From Betaproteobacteria bacterium (GTDB lineage Bacteria > Pseudomonadota > Gammaproteobacteria > Burkholderiales > SG8-39), in assembly GCA_004297625.1 (NCBI GenBank), contig SCTY01000022.1, positions 59,833-123,832 on the forward strand: a DNA stretch of 64,000 nucleotides. The letters are read 5' to 3'. The position numbers and the translations under genes were made by a program. Shown here piece by piece: positions 9,272 through 17,735 of the stretch (within the stretch, counting starts at the first letter, position 1; every line of letters starts with the position of its first letter). The notes below the pieces were generated by a model, which worked only from the letters and a program-made list of their open reading frames with translations, was not told the origin of the DNA and made no database searches.

Positions 9272-9947
9272 GGCGCAGACTCTTCATCGCTGCGCAGGCC
9301 GTGTCGACATCGATCACTTCGGCGTACTTGACGTGCATGTCGAACAGGCTCGCCTTGTGGTTGAGCTCGCAACGGTCGAATACGCAGCCAGCCACCACGG
9401 CCACTGGATAGCCGAGCGACCAGGCCTCCACGACGCTCGAGCGCACGCACCCGCTCGTGCTCTCGCCGATGATGAATAGCGAATCGACGCCCATGTCGTT
9501 CAGGAACGCGGACAGCGGCGTGCCGAAGAAGGCGCTCGCGCGCTTCTTGTACACGACCAGCTCGCCCTCGAGCGGCGCGAGCTCGTCCTTGATCTTGTAG
9601 AGCGCGATGTCGGGCTGGCGGCGCTTGCGGTTCGTCGGGCCGATGCGGGCGTTGGTTTCCTTGCGCGTGTCGTAGGTGACGTGCACGATCGGCACGCCGT
9701 GCGCGCGCGCGGCGGCGTAGAGCTGCACCGTCGGCGGCAGCGCGCGCCAGGCGTACTCGCCGCACGACGCGGGATACTTCTCCATCAGCTCGCGCACCGG
9801 GCGCGGCCCGCCGTCGTACACGAGATCGTAGAGATCGACGGCGACCAGCGCCGGCCGCCGCGCCTTGAACGGCGCGACCGAGCGCGCGCGCAGCTGCGCG
9901 CGCGCCGGCGGGTCGATGAGCTCGTTGCAGAATTGTTCGATGTTCAT
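9264..9947 (-). CDS. Isochorismatase-family amidohydrolase (N-carbamoylsarcosine amidase/RutB-like)
   Basis: PALVAVDLYDLVY...KKRASAFFGTPLSAFLNDMGVDSLFIIGESTSGCVRSSVVEAWSLGYPVAVVAGCVFDR has the catalytic Cys context (TSGCVR). Confidence 0.75.
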   Translation of the reverse strand: MNIEQFCNELIDPPARAQLRARSVAPFKARRPALVAVDLYDLVYDGGPRPVRELMEKYPASCGEYAWRALPPTVQLYAAARAHGVPIVHVTYDTRKETNARIGPTNRKRRQPDIALYKIKDELAPLEGELVVYKKRASAFFGTPLSAFLNDMGVDSLFIIGESTSGCVRSSVVEAWSLGYPVAVVAGCVFDRCELNHKASLFDMHVKYAEVIDVDTACAAMKSLRHA

Positions 9948-9973
9948 TTTCGGGTTCTCGAAGATAGCACGTT

Positions 9974-10010
9974 AGTTTCGCGCAGCCGCTCGAGCGGACG
10001 CTGCTAAACT
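9974..10010. promoter_or_regulatory. Imperfect 37-bp palindrome in a divergent promoter region (possible operator)
   Basis: AGTTTCGCGCAGCCGCTCGAGCGGACGCTGCTAAACT has a perfect 12-bp core CCGCTCGAGCGG (9986-9997) and outer arms AGTTT/AAACT sharing the same centre. It lies between the hydrolase operon (-) and bug-prpD (+). Confidence 0.25.
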
Positions 10011-10040
10011 GCCCGCAGCCAATAAAACGAGGAGGAGCGC

Positions 10041-11009
10041 ATGCGCTGGGCAGGAAGAATTCTGGCATTGCTGGCGTTTTCCGCCGCATCGACGTTCGCA
10101 GCGGCGCAGGCGTGGCCCGTCAAGCCGCTGCGGCTGGTGATCCCGTTCGCCCCGGGAGGCGGCGCCGATATCGCCGGACGGCTGCTGGCGCAGGAGATGA
10201 GCGAATCGCTGAAGCAGTCGGTGATCGTGGAGAATCGTACCGGCGCCGGGGGCACCATCGCCCCGGACAACGTGGCGAAGTCGCCCGCGGACGGCTACAG
10301 CGTGGTGCTGGCGCACGTCGGCGGCATCTCGATCGCACCTCATCTCTTCAAGAACCTGCCGTACGATCCGGTCAAGGACCTCGCGCCGGTAACGCTGGTG
10401 GTGAACGCCCTGAGCGTGCTGGTCGTCAATCCCGCGCTGCCGGTGCACAACGTCGCCGAGCTGGTCGCGTACGCGAAGGCCAACCCGGACAAGCTGTCGT
10501 TCGGATCCGCCGGCACCGGCACCGACACGCATCTCGCCGCGGAGCTTTTCAAGTCGATGACCGGCACGCAGATGGTGCACGTTCCCTACAAAGGCGGCGC
10601 GCCGGCGCTGCTCGACCTGATGGCCGGGCGCGTGCAGCTCAGCTTCGCTTCGGTGGCAACCACCATCAACGCGATCCAGGGCGAAAAGCTGCGCGCCCTT
10701 GCCATGACCGGCAGCAAGCGCTTCGAGCTCCTGCCCAATCTGCCGACCATCGCCGAGGCCGGCGTCCCGGGCTACGAGATCAACAACTGGTACGGGCTTT
10801 TCGTTCCCGCGGGCACTCCGGCCGACGTCATCCGGCGCCTCAATGCCGAAGCCATCAAGGCGATGCAGAAGCCCGGGGTGCGCGCGAAGCTCATCGCGGC
10901 GGGTCTTGAACCGAGCTGGAACACCCCGGAGCAGTTCGGCTCGTACATCAAGGCGGAAAACACGAAATGGGGCAAGATCGTGCGCGACTCGGGCGCTAAG
11001 GCCGACTGA
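10041..11009 (+). CDS. Bug/TctC-family tripartite tricarboxylate transporter substrate-binding protein
   Basis: Signal peptide, then WPVKPLRLVIPFAPGGGADIAGRL...VENRTGAGG...VPYKGGAPALLDLMAGRVQL; 322 aa. RBS GAGGAGG lies upstream. Confidence 0.85.
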   Translation: MRWAGRILALLAFSAASTFAAAQAWPVKPLRLVIPFAPGGGADIAGRLLAQEMSESLKQSVIVENRTGAGGTIAPDNVAKSPADGYSVVLAHVGGISIAPHLFKNLPYDPVKDLAPVTLVVNALSVLVVNPALPVHNVAELVAYAKANPDKLSFGSAGTGTDTHLAAELFKSMTGTQMVHVPYKGGAPALLDLMAGRVQLSFASVATTINAIQGEKLRALAMTGSKRFELLPNLPTIAEAGVPGYEINNWYGLFVPAGTPADVIRRLNAEAIKAMQKPGVRAKLIAAGLEPSWNTPEQFGSYIKAENTKWGKIVRDSGAKAD

Positions 11010-11012
11010 CGC

Positions 11013-12356
11013 ATGGGGCACACGGCGACGCTCGCGCGCTACGCCTCGAAGCTGCGCTACGAGGAGCTCCCGCCCGACGTCGTGCAGATCGCGAAGAACA
11101 GCATCGCGGACACCTTCGCGATCATGGCGTTCGGCGCCGCGCTGCCGTGGAGCCGGATCATCGCCGGGTATGCGACGGAAAACGGCCCCGGCGGCAAGAG
11201 CCGCATCCTCGGGACCGGCGCAGCGGCGCGCCCGCCGGCGGCGGCGTTCGCCAACGGCGCCTTCGCGCATGCCTTCGAGATGGACAACCTCACCAAGCCC
11301 AATTCCGGGTCGCATCCCGGGGCGACGGTGCTATCGGCCGCGCTCGCGCTTGCGCAGGACCGCGGCATCGGGGGGCGCGAGTTGCTCACCGCCTTCGTCG
11401 CCGGCGCCGAAGTCATGATCCGCATCGGGCAGGCGACGCGGCACAGCAACGAAAAGCACGGCTACCACGCCCCGGGCACCACCGGCCCCTTCGGTGCCGC
11501 TGCCGGCGCTTCGCGGCTGCTGGCGCTCGACGCCGAGCGTACCTGCAATGCCCTCGGCATCGCCGCCTCCACCGCCGCCGGTATCCTCGAGTTCGCCAAA
11601 TCGGGTAGCGGCGCGATGGTGAAAAGGCTGCATCTTGGCCGGGCCGGCGAGAGCGGCGTGCTCGCCGCGAGCCTCGCCGAGCGCGGCTTCACGGCACCGG
11701 CCAGCGCGCTCGAGGGCGAATTCGGCTTCATCAAGGTGTTCTGCCGGGAGTACGACATGGACGCGCTGACGCGCGGGCTCGGCGAAACCTATGTCTCCCG
11801 CACCATCCTGACCAAGCGCTATGCCTGCCACATCACCGCGCATACCGCGGTCGATTCCGCGATTGCGCTGCGCGAGCAGCACCATTTTGGCGCGCAGGAC
11901 GTGGCTTCCATGACGATCGCCGGCACCGAGCGCATGCTGCGCGTGAATAACATCGCGCGCCCGAAGGACCTCATGATGTCGCAGTACAGTATTCCGTACT
12001 GCGTGGCGCTCGCCATGTTCCACAATCCCATGGATCCGAGCGTATTCAATGACGAGGCCGCTCGGGATCCCAGGATCCTCGACCTCGCCGGCAGGGTGAA
12101 AATGTTTCTTGCGCCCCCGCCCGACCATCAGGGCGACCTCACCACCACGCTCACGGTGCAGCTCAAGGACGGGCGCACGCTGTCGCGGCGCGCCACGCAC
12201 TTCAAGGGCACGCCCGACGAGCCGCTCGCGGCGGAAGAGTTGCGCACCAAGTTCTTGCTCGTGACCAAGCGATTCGGCGCCGCGAAAATGTCGCAGCTGT
12301 TCGATCGCATCCAGAACCTCGAAGCGGAGGCGAGCCTCGACTGGCTCGGCGGCTAG
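11013..12356 (+). CDS. MmgE/PrpD family protein (2-methylcitrate dehydratase superfamily)
   Basis: 447 aa; LARYASKLRYEELPPDVVQIAKNSIADT...NGAFAHAFEMDN...HPGATV...GYHAPGTTGPFGAAA...MVKRLHLGRAGESG. Confidence 0.85.
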   Translation: MGHTATLARYASKLRYEELPPDVVQIAKNSIADTFAIMAFGAALPWSRIIAGYATENGPGGKSRILGTGAAARPPAAAFANGAFAHAFEMDNLTKPNSGSHPGATVLSAALALAQDRGIGGRELLTAFVAGAEVMIRIGQATRHSNEKHGYHAPGTTGPFGAAAGASRLLALDAERTCNALGIAASTAAGILEFAKSGSGAMVKRLHLGRAGESGVLAASLAERGFTAPASALEGEFGFIKVFCREYDMDALTRGLGETYVSRTILTKRYACHITAHTAVDSAIALREQHHFGAQDVASMTIAGTERMLRVNNIARPKDLMMSQYSIPYCVALAMFHNPMDPSVFNDEAARDPRILDLAGRVKMFLAPPPDHQGDLTTTLTVQLKDGRTLSRRATHFKGTPDEPLAAEELRTKFLLVTKRFGAAKMSQLFDRIQNLEAEASLDWLGG

Positions 12357-12358
12357 CG

Positions 12359-13132
12359 ATGCGCTTTGCCTCGCTTGCGAGCGGCAGCAAAGGAAACTGC
12401 CTGGTGGCCGAAGCCGACCGCACCAGGGTGCTGATCGACTGCGGCCTGAACCTGCGCGATACCGAGCGGCGCCTCGCGCGGCTGGGGCTTGCGCCCTCCG
12501 ACATCGCCGCGCTGCTCGTCACCCACGAGCACGGAGACCACTCCGGCGGAGTGTTCGACTTCGCCGCCGCGCACGCGCTTCCCGTGTACCTCACCTACGG
12601 CACGATGACCGCCCTCAAGGCGGAGGGCAAGGTGACCGAGGGAGTGAAGACCGTAATCATCGACGGCAGACAGGCGTTTACCGTCGGCGGCATGCAAGTT
12701 ATTCCCTTCACCGTGCCCCACGATGCGCGCGAGCCGGTCCAGTACGTGCTCGCCGACGGCGACAAGAGGCTCGGGGTGCTGACCGATATCGGCGCCTTGA
12801 CGGCGCACGTCGAGCAGACGCTGAGCGGGCTGCATGCGCTCGTTCTCGAGTGCAATTACGACCACGACATGCTGTGGAACGGAACCTACCCGAAATGGCT
12901 GAAGCAGCGCATCGCCGGCCCGTTCGGCCACCTGGACAACGCCGATTCGGCCAAGCTGCTCGCGGCGCTCGACTGCTCGCGGCTGCAGCACCTTGTCGGT
13001 GCGCACCTCTCCGAGCAGAACAACCGCCCGGAGATTGCGCGCGCGGCGCTTGCGGCCGCGATACGGTGCGAGGAAAGCTGGATCAGCCTCGCCACCCAGG
13101 CTGGGGGATTCGGCTGGCGCGATCTGCTTTGA
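12359..13132 (+). CDS. MBL-fold metallo-hydrolase (YycJ/PhnP-like)
   Basis: MRFASLASGSKGNCLVAEADRTRVLIDCGL...LLVTHEHGDHSGG...LVLECNYD...GHLDN. Confidence 0.75.
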   Translation: MRFASLASGSKGNCLVAEADRTRVLIDCGLNLRDTERRLARLGLAPSDIAALLVTHEHGDHSGGVFDFAAAHALPVYLTYGTMTALKAEGKVTEGVKTVIIDGRQAFTVGGMQVIPFTVPHDAREPVQYVLADGDKRLGVLTDIGALTAHVEQTLSGLHALVLECNYDHDMLWNGTYPKWLKQRIAGPFGHLDNADSAKLLAALDCSRLQHLVGAHLSEQNNRPEIARAALAAAIRCEESWISLATQAGGFGWRDLL

Positions 13133-13254
13133 CCCCCTGTGAAGGGGGTCGCGAGTGAAACGAGCGGGGGGTTGGTTTTCCGGACTGCATCCGCAGACGC
13201 ACGCCAGAAAACCAACCCCCCGCTCGCGATGCTCGCTCCCCCCTTTACAGGGGG
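13133..13254. repeat. 122-nt nested quasi-palindromic element (three hairpins) between convergent genes
   Basis: Hairpin CCCCCTGTGAAGGGGG (13133-13148). A perfect 20-bp stem pairs 13161-13180 (CGAGCGGGGGGTTGGTTTTC) with 13207-13226 (GAAAACCAACCCCCCGCTCG). Hairpin CCCCCCTTTACAGGGGGG (13237-13254). The outer hairpins are near reverse complements of each other. Confidence 0.75.
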
Positions 13255-13296
13255 GCGGCGAACACCGATTACATCTTCCCTTCGGGTCGTTCTCTC

Positions 13297-13557
13297 TTAC
13301 TTCTTCTCTTCTTTCTTCTCTTCGGCCTTCGCTTCTTCCTTCTTCGGCTCTTCGGGCTTTGCTTCCGGCGCGGGTGACGAAGGCGCGGGAGCCGCGCTCG
13401 AGCCGGCGGAGGGCGAAGTCGCCGCCGGCGCCGGAGTGGACGCGGTGGGCGCAGTCGTAGCGGGAGAAGTCGATGCGCCCTTGCTCGGCGCGCTTTCCTG
13501 GCCGCAGGCGGCGAGCACGAACGCCGCCGACACGGCGAGAAGCAGTGTCTTATTCAT
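13297..13557 (-). CDS. Small low-complexity lipoprotein
   Basis: MNKTLLLAVSAAFVLAACGQ (lipobox LAAC), followed by a P/A/S/T-rich linker and a KKEEAKAEEKKEEKK tail. Confidence 0.6.
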   Translation of the reverse strand: MNKTLLLAVSAAFVLAACGQESAPSKGASTSPATTAPTASTPAPAATSPSAGSSAAPAPSSPAPEAKPEEPKKEEAKAEEKKEEKK

Positions 13558-13670
13558 ACATTTCCTCTAGAGTGAATTTGATGTACGTCAAACCCGACCG
13601 AAAGCCGGGCGGGGCGCAATTCTAGAAGCATTGAAGTGAAAAGTCAGTCAGCGGCGAGTCAGGTTCGCGC

Positions 13671-14156
13671 TCACAGGCCGACCGTGCTGCTCGACACGGC
13701 CGGATAGGAAGCGGCCCAGATCTCGGCGAAGCGCCCGCGCATCGCGAATGCCTCGTTCTCGTCGGCGAGCCCGATGGCGCCGCGGAAGAACGCGCCGACC
13801 GGGCGGCGCACGTAATGCGAAGCGTCGAGCACCATGAACGAGTCCCGCAGCTCGCGTATCTCGTCGTGCGAGCGATGGATCTGGATGGCGTGCGCGTAGC
13901 GCGCGAGAAGCGACATCATCCGCGGGCACTGGCGCTGGAGGTGCTGCGGGTCGTGCAGCACGAGGTAGAGGCGCCGCGTGCGGCTCGCCTGCAGAAAGCG
14001 CTGGAGGCGCTCGATGCGCGCCGGATCGTTGAACAGCAGCGCGGCGCCGTCGCGGTCGAAGATGCGCAGCTCGCGCCCCGGCTGCTCGAGCAGCCGGTCG
14101 ACGGCCGCCTGGAAGCCTTCCCTGGTGTCGAAGCGCTCGTAGACCGCGTCATCCAT
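13671..14156 (-). CDS. Hypothetical protein (161 aa), translationally coupled to the upstream cupin hydroxylase gene
   Basis: Internal ATG: MDDAVYERFDTREGFQAAVDRLLEQPGRELRIFDRDGAALLFND...; strong GC3 bias. It overlaps the upstream stop by 8 nt. I recognise no family. Confidence 0.55.
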   Translation of the reverse strand: MDDAVYERFDTREGFQAAVDRLLEQPGRELRIFDRDGAALLFNDPARIERLQRFLQASRTRRLYLVLHDPQHLQRQCPRMMSLLARYAHAIQIHRSHDEIRELRDSFMVLDASHYVRRPVGAFFRGAIGLADENEAFAMRGRFAEIWAASYPAVSSSTVGL

Positions 14157-15168
14157 CGCGTCGTTTCTTCGTGTAGTGCAGGTAGCCGGCGCGCTGCCAT
14201 TCTGCGACCAGCTCCGCGAGCGGCGCAAGCCGCGCGGCATCCAGCGCGCGCCGGTCGGCGAGCTCGCGCAGAAGTCGCGGCTGTGGCACCGAGACGGGTT
14301 CGCCATTTATGAAGAAGCGCGCGCCGGCATAGAGGATCTGCGTCTTCGGATCGAGCTCCACCCATGCGCCTGTTCCGGCGCTGCGCCTGAATACGACTTG
14401 AGGCTTCGGCGCGCTCAGGTAGCGGCCCAGGAAGTCCGCGACATCTCCCTTCGAAAAGCGGATCCTGCGCAGTATGCGGAACGCGAAGCGAATCATCTCC
14501 TGCGGCAGGCGTGCCGGATGGAGCACCGGCGCGAGCCCGGGGTCGCGGTACCGCGCATCGGGCAGGCCGCGCTCGTGCAGCCAGTCGAGAAACGCCGCGG
14601 CGAGCTCGGCGCCGCGCGGCGCCCGGAAGCCGATGGAGTAGGTGTAGCACTCTTCGAGCGCGACGCCGTCGTGCTCGACGCCGGGCGGCAGGTACAGGAG
14701 ATCTCCCGGCTCGCAAACATATTTTTTGTCAAGCACCCGCCAGCGCCGCCGGCCGGGCCCCTGCAGCAGGAACACATCGTAGGAATCGACGTGCGGGCCG
14801 ACGCCGCCGCCCGGCGCCGCGTAGCTCACCATGACGTCGTCCAGGCGCGCCTGCGGAACGAAGGAGAAGCGGCGCAGCAATTCGTCGGCCGCGCGCACCT
14901 GCAGGTTCACTCCGCTGACGAGCAGCGTCCAATTGGTTCTCTTTATGCGGATTTTCTCGAAGGGCCCGTGCGCGGTTTGCCAGCGCCGCCCGCGGCGCTC
15001 CACGATCCGCGACTCGACATCGTCGCGCAGCGCGAGCGCGGCGAGGGCTCGCTTGTCGATCACTCCGGCGAAACCGGGAACCGCTCGGCGCACGAACAGC
15101 GGCCGCTTCTGCCAATGGCGGCGCATGAACTCGCGCGGCGAAAGCGTCCCGAACAACGATGCCTGCAT
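14149..15168 (-). CDS. JmjC/cupin-4 ribosomal protein hydroxylase (RoxA/YcfD-like)
   Basis: MQASLFGTLSPREFMRRHWQKRPLFVRRAVPGF...GGGVGPHVDSYDVFLLQGPGRRRWRV...GDLLYLPPGVEHDGVA. Confidence 0.8.
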   Translation of the reverse strand: MQASLFGTLSPREFMRRHWQKRPLFVRRAVPGFAGVIDKRALAALALRDDVESRIVERRGRRWQTAHGPFEKIRIKRTNWTLLVSGVNLQVRAADELLRRFSFVPQARLDDVMVSYAAPGGGVGPHVDSYDVFLLQGPGRRRWRVLDKKYVCEPGDLLYLPPGVEHDGVALEECYTYSIGFRAPRGAELAAAFLDWLHERGLPDARYRDPGLAPVLHPARLPQEMIRFAFRILRRIRFSKGDVADFLGRYLSAPKPQVVFRRSAGTGAWVELDPKTQILYAGARFFINGEPVSVPQPRLLRELADRRALDAARLAPLAELVAEWQRAGYLHYTKKRRDG

Positions 15169-15255
15169 CGCGCTCGATTATATGTAGCGCCGCTACGACA
15201 GATGCGCGGCGATACTTGTCAAACTGAAAAACATTTGGCATAGAATCGGCGCACG

Positions 15256-15726
15256 ATGCTCGAACCAGGACAACCCGCTCCGGAATTCGCGCTACCCGAT
15301 GCCGACATGCAGACGGTGGACCTGTCGGCATTCAAGGGAAAGAAGAACGTGGTTCTGTATTTCTATCCCAAGGACGGCACGCCCGGCTGCACCCTGGTGA
15401 CGACCGACTTCTCCGATCACGAGGATCAGTTCCAGAAGCACGACTGCGTGGTGCTCGGCGTGTCGCGCGACGACTGCCTCACGCACGCGGACTTCCGCGA
15501 CCGCAACGGCGTGACCATCTCGCTGCTGTCCGACACCGAGGGCGAGGTGTGCCGGAAGTACGGCGTCATCCAGGAAAAGGAGACGGAGGGCGTGCGCCGC
15601 GAGTGCCTGGTGCGCTCGACCTTCATCATCGACAAGAAAGGCGTCATCCGCCACGTCACTTACGGCGTCAATCCGCGAGGCCACGCCGCCGAGGTATTCG
15701 ACGTGGTGAAGCGCCTGCGTGCGTGA
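15256..15726 (+). CDS. bcp: Thioredoxin-dependent peroxiredoxin Bcp
   Basis: GQPAPEFALPDADMQTVDLSAFKGKKNVVLYFYPKDGTPGCT...GVSRDD...RSTFIIDKKGVIRHV. Confidence 0.9.
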   Translation: MLEPGQPAPEFALPDADMQTVDLSAFKGKKNVVLYFYPKDGTPGCTLVTTDFSDHEDQFQKHDCVVLGVSRDDCLTHADFRDRNGVTISLLSDTEGEVCRKYGVIQEKETEGVRRECLVRSTFIIDKKGVIRHVTYGVNPRGHAAEVFDVVKRLRA

Positions 15727-16175
15727 GCCGGGTCCCGGTCGCCCGGGACACCGTCGTGTCGCTTCGCATCGAGCTGTATGACGCGCACGGCACGCTGCTC
15801 GACGCGCCCGCCGAGCCGCTCACCTATCTGCACGGCGGTTACGGCGGCATGCTCGAGGCGCTCGAGCGCGCGCTCGAGGGCAAGCTCCCCGGCGAGACGC
15901 TGCGCGTCCAGCTCGAGCCCGAGCAGGCGTTCGGCGAGTACGACGCCGCGCTGCTGCGCGTCGAGCCCGCGGAGCGCTACGGCGAGGGCCTCGAAGTCGG
16001 CATGCAGATCGAGGAAGACTCGCGCATCTATGCGATTACCGACGTCGCCGCAGGCAGCGTGGTGCTCGACGGGAACCATCCGCTCGCCGGCATCTCTTTG
16101 AGATTCACATGCACCGTCACGGCGGTGCGCCCGGCAACAAAAGAAGAACTGGCGCGCGGAGTATCATTGCCTTAG
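15723..16175 (+). CDS. FKBP-type peptidyl-prolyl isomerase, SlyD-like (no His-rich tail)
   Basis: The GTG start overlaps the bcp stop (GTGA). VARDTVVSLRIELYDAHGTLLD...LTYLHGGYGGMLEALERALEGK...VVLDGNHPLAGISLRFTCTVTAVRPATKEELARG parallels E. coli SlyD. Confidence 0.8.
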   Translation: MSRVPVARDTVVSLRIELYDAHGTLLDAPAEPLTYLHGGYGGMLEALERALEGKLPGETLRVQLEPEQAFGEYDAALLRVEPAERYGEGLEVGMQIEEDSRIYAITDVAAGSVVLDGNHPLAGISLRFTCTVTAVRPATKEELARGVSLP

Positions 16176-16187
16176 GAGGGGCGGGGG

Positions 16188-17675
16188 ATGGCAAAAGATA
16201 TCCTGTCGTACGGGATCGGAACGCTCGCGGCGTTCGCCGTCATGGCGGCGCTCGCGTTCCTCTTCATCAGCGACATCACGCAGAAAAAGCACGGCGTGCT
16301 GCGCAACTATCCGGTCGTCGGGCACCTGCGCTATTTCTTCGAGCAGCTCGGCGAGTACTTCAGGCAGTACTTCTTCTCCGGCGACCGCGACGAGATGCCT
16401 TTCAACCGCGCGACGCGCGGTTGGGTGTATCGCCTCGCGAAGAACGAGGGCGGGACCATCGGCTTCGGCTCGACTTACGACCTGCACCGGCCGGGCGCGC
16501 TCATCTTCGTCAATCATCCGTTTCCGGTGCTGGAAGAAGAGCGGCTGCCGACGCCTTCGCTCGTGCTCGGCGAGGGCTATTGCAAGCAGCCCTTCGAGGC
16601 GCGATCCATAGTGAACATCAGCGGCATGAGCTTCGGTGCGATCTCGGCGCCCGCGGTGCAGTCGCTGTCGCGCGGCGCGGCGCTCGCGGGCTGCTGGATG
16701 GATACCGGCGAGGGCGGCCTCTCGCCCTACCACCTCGAGGGCAACTGCGACATCATCATGCAGATCGGCACGGCCAAGTACGGGGTGCGCGATCCGCAGG
16801 GCAATTTGTCGGAAGAAAGATTGATTGAACTTTCCAGAGTCGTTAAGGCTTTCGAGATCAAGCTCTCCCAGGGCGCGAAGCCCGGCAAGGGCGGCGTGCT
16901 TCCCGGCAGGAAAGTGACCGCCGAAATCGCGCGCATCCGCGGCATTCCCGAGGGGCGCGACTCGATCAGCCCGAACCGCCACCGCGACATCTCGAGCATG
17001 GCGGAGCTGCTCGACAAGATCGCCTGGATCCGCGAGCTCACCGGAAGGCCGGTCGGCATCAAGACGGCGGTCGGCGGCTGGCGCTTCATGCACGAGATGG
17101 CCGAGGTGATTCACCGCCGCGGCCTGGAGCTCGCGCCGGATTTCCTCGTCGTCGACGGCGGCGAGGGAGGATCGGGCGCGGCGCCGCAGGCGCTCGCCGA
17201 TCACATGAGCCTTTCGATCGAGGAAGCGCTGCCGCGCGTGGTCGACGCCCTGATCGAGACGGGTCTGAAGGGCCGTGTGCGCGTCGTCGCTTCCGGCAAG
17301 CTCGTCACCTCGGCGCGCGCAGCCTGGGCGCTTTGCGTCGGCGCCGATTTCATAAATACCGCGCGCGGATTCATGTTCGCGCTCGGCTGCATCCAGGCGC
17401 TGCGCTGCCACCAGAACACCTGCCCGACCGGCGTGACCACGCACAACAAGCGGCTGCAGCGCGCGCTCGTGGTCGAGGAGAAGTACCTGCGCGTGGCGAA
17501 TTACGCCAACAACATGAACCGCGAGATCGACATGATCGCCCACTCCTGCGGCGTCAGGCATGCGCGCGAGCTCAAGCGCGAGCACGTGCGCATCGTGCAG
17601 GCGAGCGGGCAGTCCGTCGCGCTCAACATGCTTTATCCGTACCCGGAACCGAAGGTGCGGATGAAAGTTGCCTGA
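16188..17675 (+). CDS. FMN-binding glutamate synthase family protein (GltB domain-2-like), N-terminal membrane anchor
   Basis: 495 aa; ISGMSFGAIS...WMDTGEGGLSPYH...EIKLSQGAKPGKGGVLPG...ISPNRHRDI...VVDGGEGGSGAAP...CPTGVTTHN. Confidence 0.85.
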   Translation: MAKDILSYGIGTLAAFAVMAALAFLFISDITQKKHGVLRNYPVVGHLRYFFEQLGEYFRQYFFSGDRDEMPFNRATRGWVYRLAKNEGGTIGFGSTYDLHRPGALIFVNHPFPVLEEERLPTPSLVLGEGYCKQPFEARSIVNISGMSFGAISAPAVQSLSRGAALAGCWMDTGEGGLSPYHLEGNCDIIMQIGTAKYGVRDPQGNLSEERLIELSRVVKAFEIKLSQGAKPGKGGVLPGRKVTAEIARIRGIPEGRDSISPNRHRDISSMAELLDKIAWIRELTGRPVGIKTAVGGWRFMHEMAEVIHRRGLELAPDFLVVDGGEGGSGAAPQALADHMSLSIEEALPRVVDALIETGLKGRVRVVASGKLVTSARAAWALCVGADFINTARGFMFALGCIQALRCHQNTCPTGVTTHNKRLQRALVVEEKYLRVANYANNMNREIDMIAHSCGVRHARELKREHVRIVQASGQSVALNMLYPYPEPKVRMKVA

Positions 17676-17676
17676 G

Positions 17677-17708
17677 ACATAGGGTAGGCTTGACATAGGG
17701 TAGGCTTG
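17677..17708 (+). repeat. Exact tandem direct repeat 2 x 16 bp (ACATAGGGTAGGCTTG) in the promoter region of the Bug gene
   Basis: Nt 17677-17692 are identical to 17693-17708. The junction creates TTGACA. GAGGAGGAGG (RBS) and the ATG at 17736 follow. Confidence 0.6.
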
Positions 17709-17735
17709 GCACACTAGAACGAGGAGGAGGTCCCC

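Noticed and set aside
13139-13570. 143-aa and 101-aa plus-strand ORFs across the palindromic element and antisense to the lipoprotein gene
   Set aside because: They begin inside the hairpin element and run antisense through a low-complexity gene. The minus-strand lipoprotein ORF has a signal peptide and lipobox.
15216-15246. Sigma70-like promoter TTGTCA-N19-TAGAAT upstream of bcp
   Set aside because: The spacer is 19 nt (optimal is 17 +/- 1). The -10 hexamer lies only 9 nt from the bcp ATG, implying a near-leaderless mRNA. The evidence is too weak to list as a feature.
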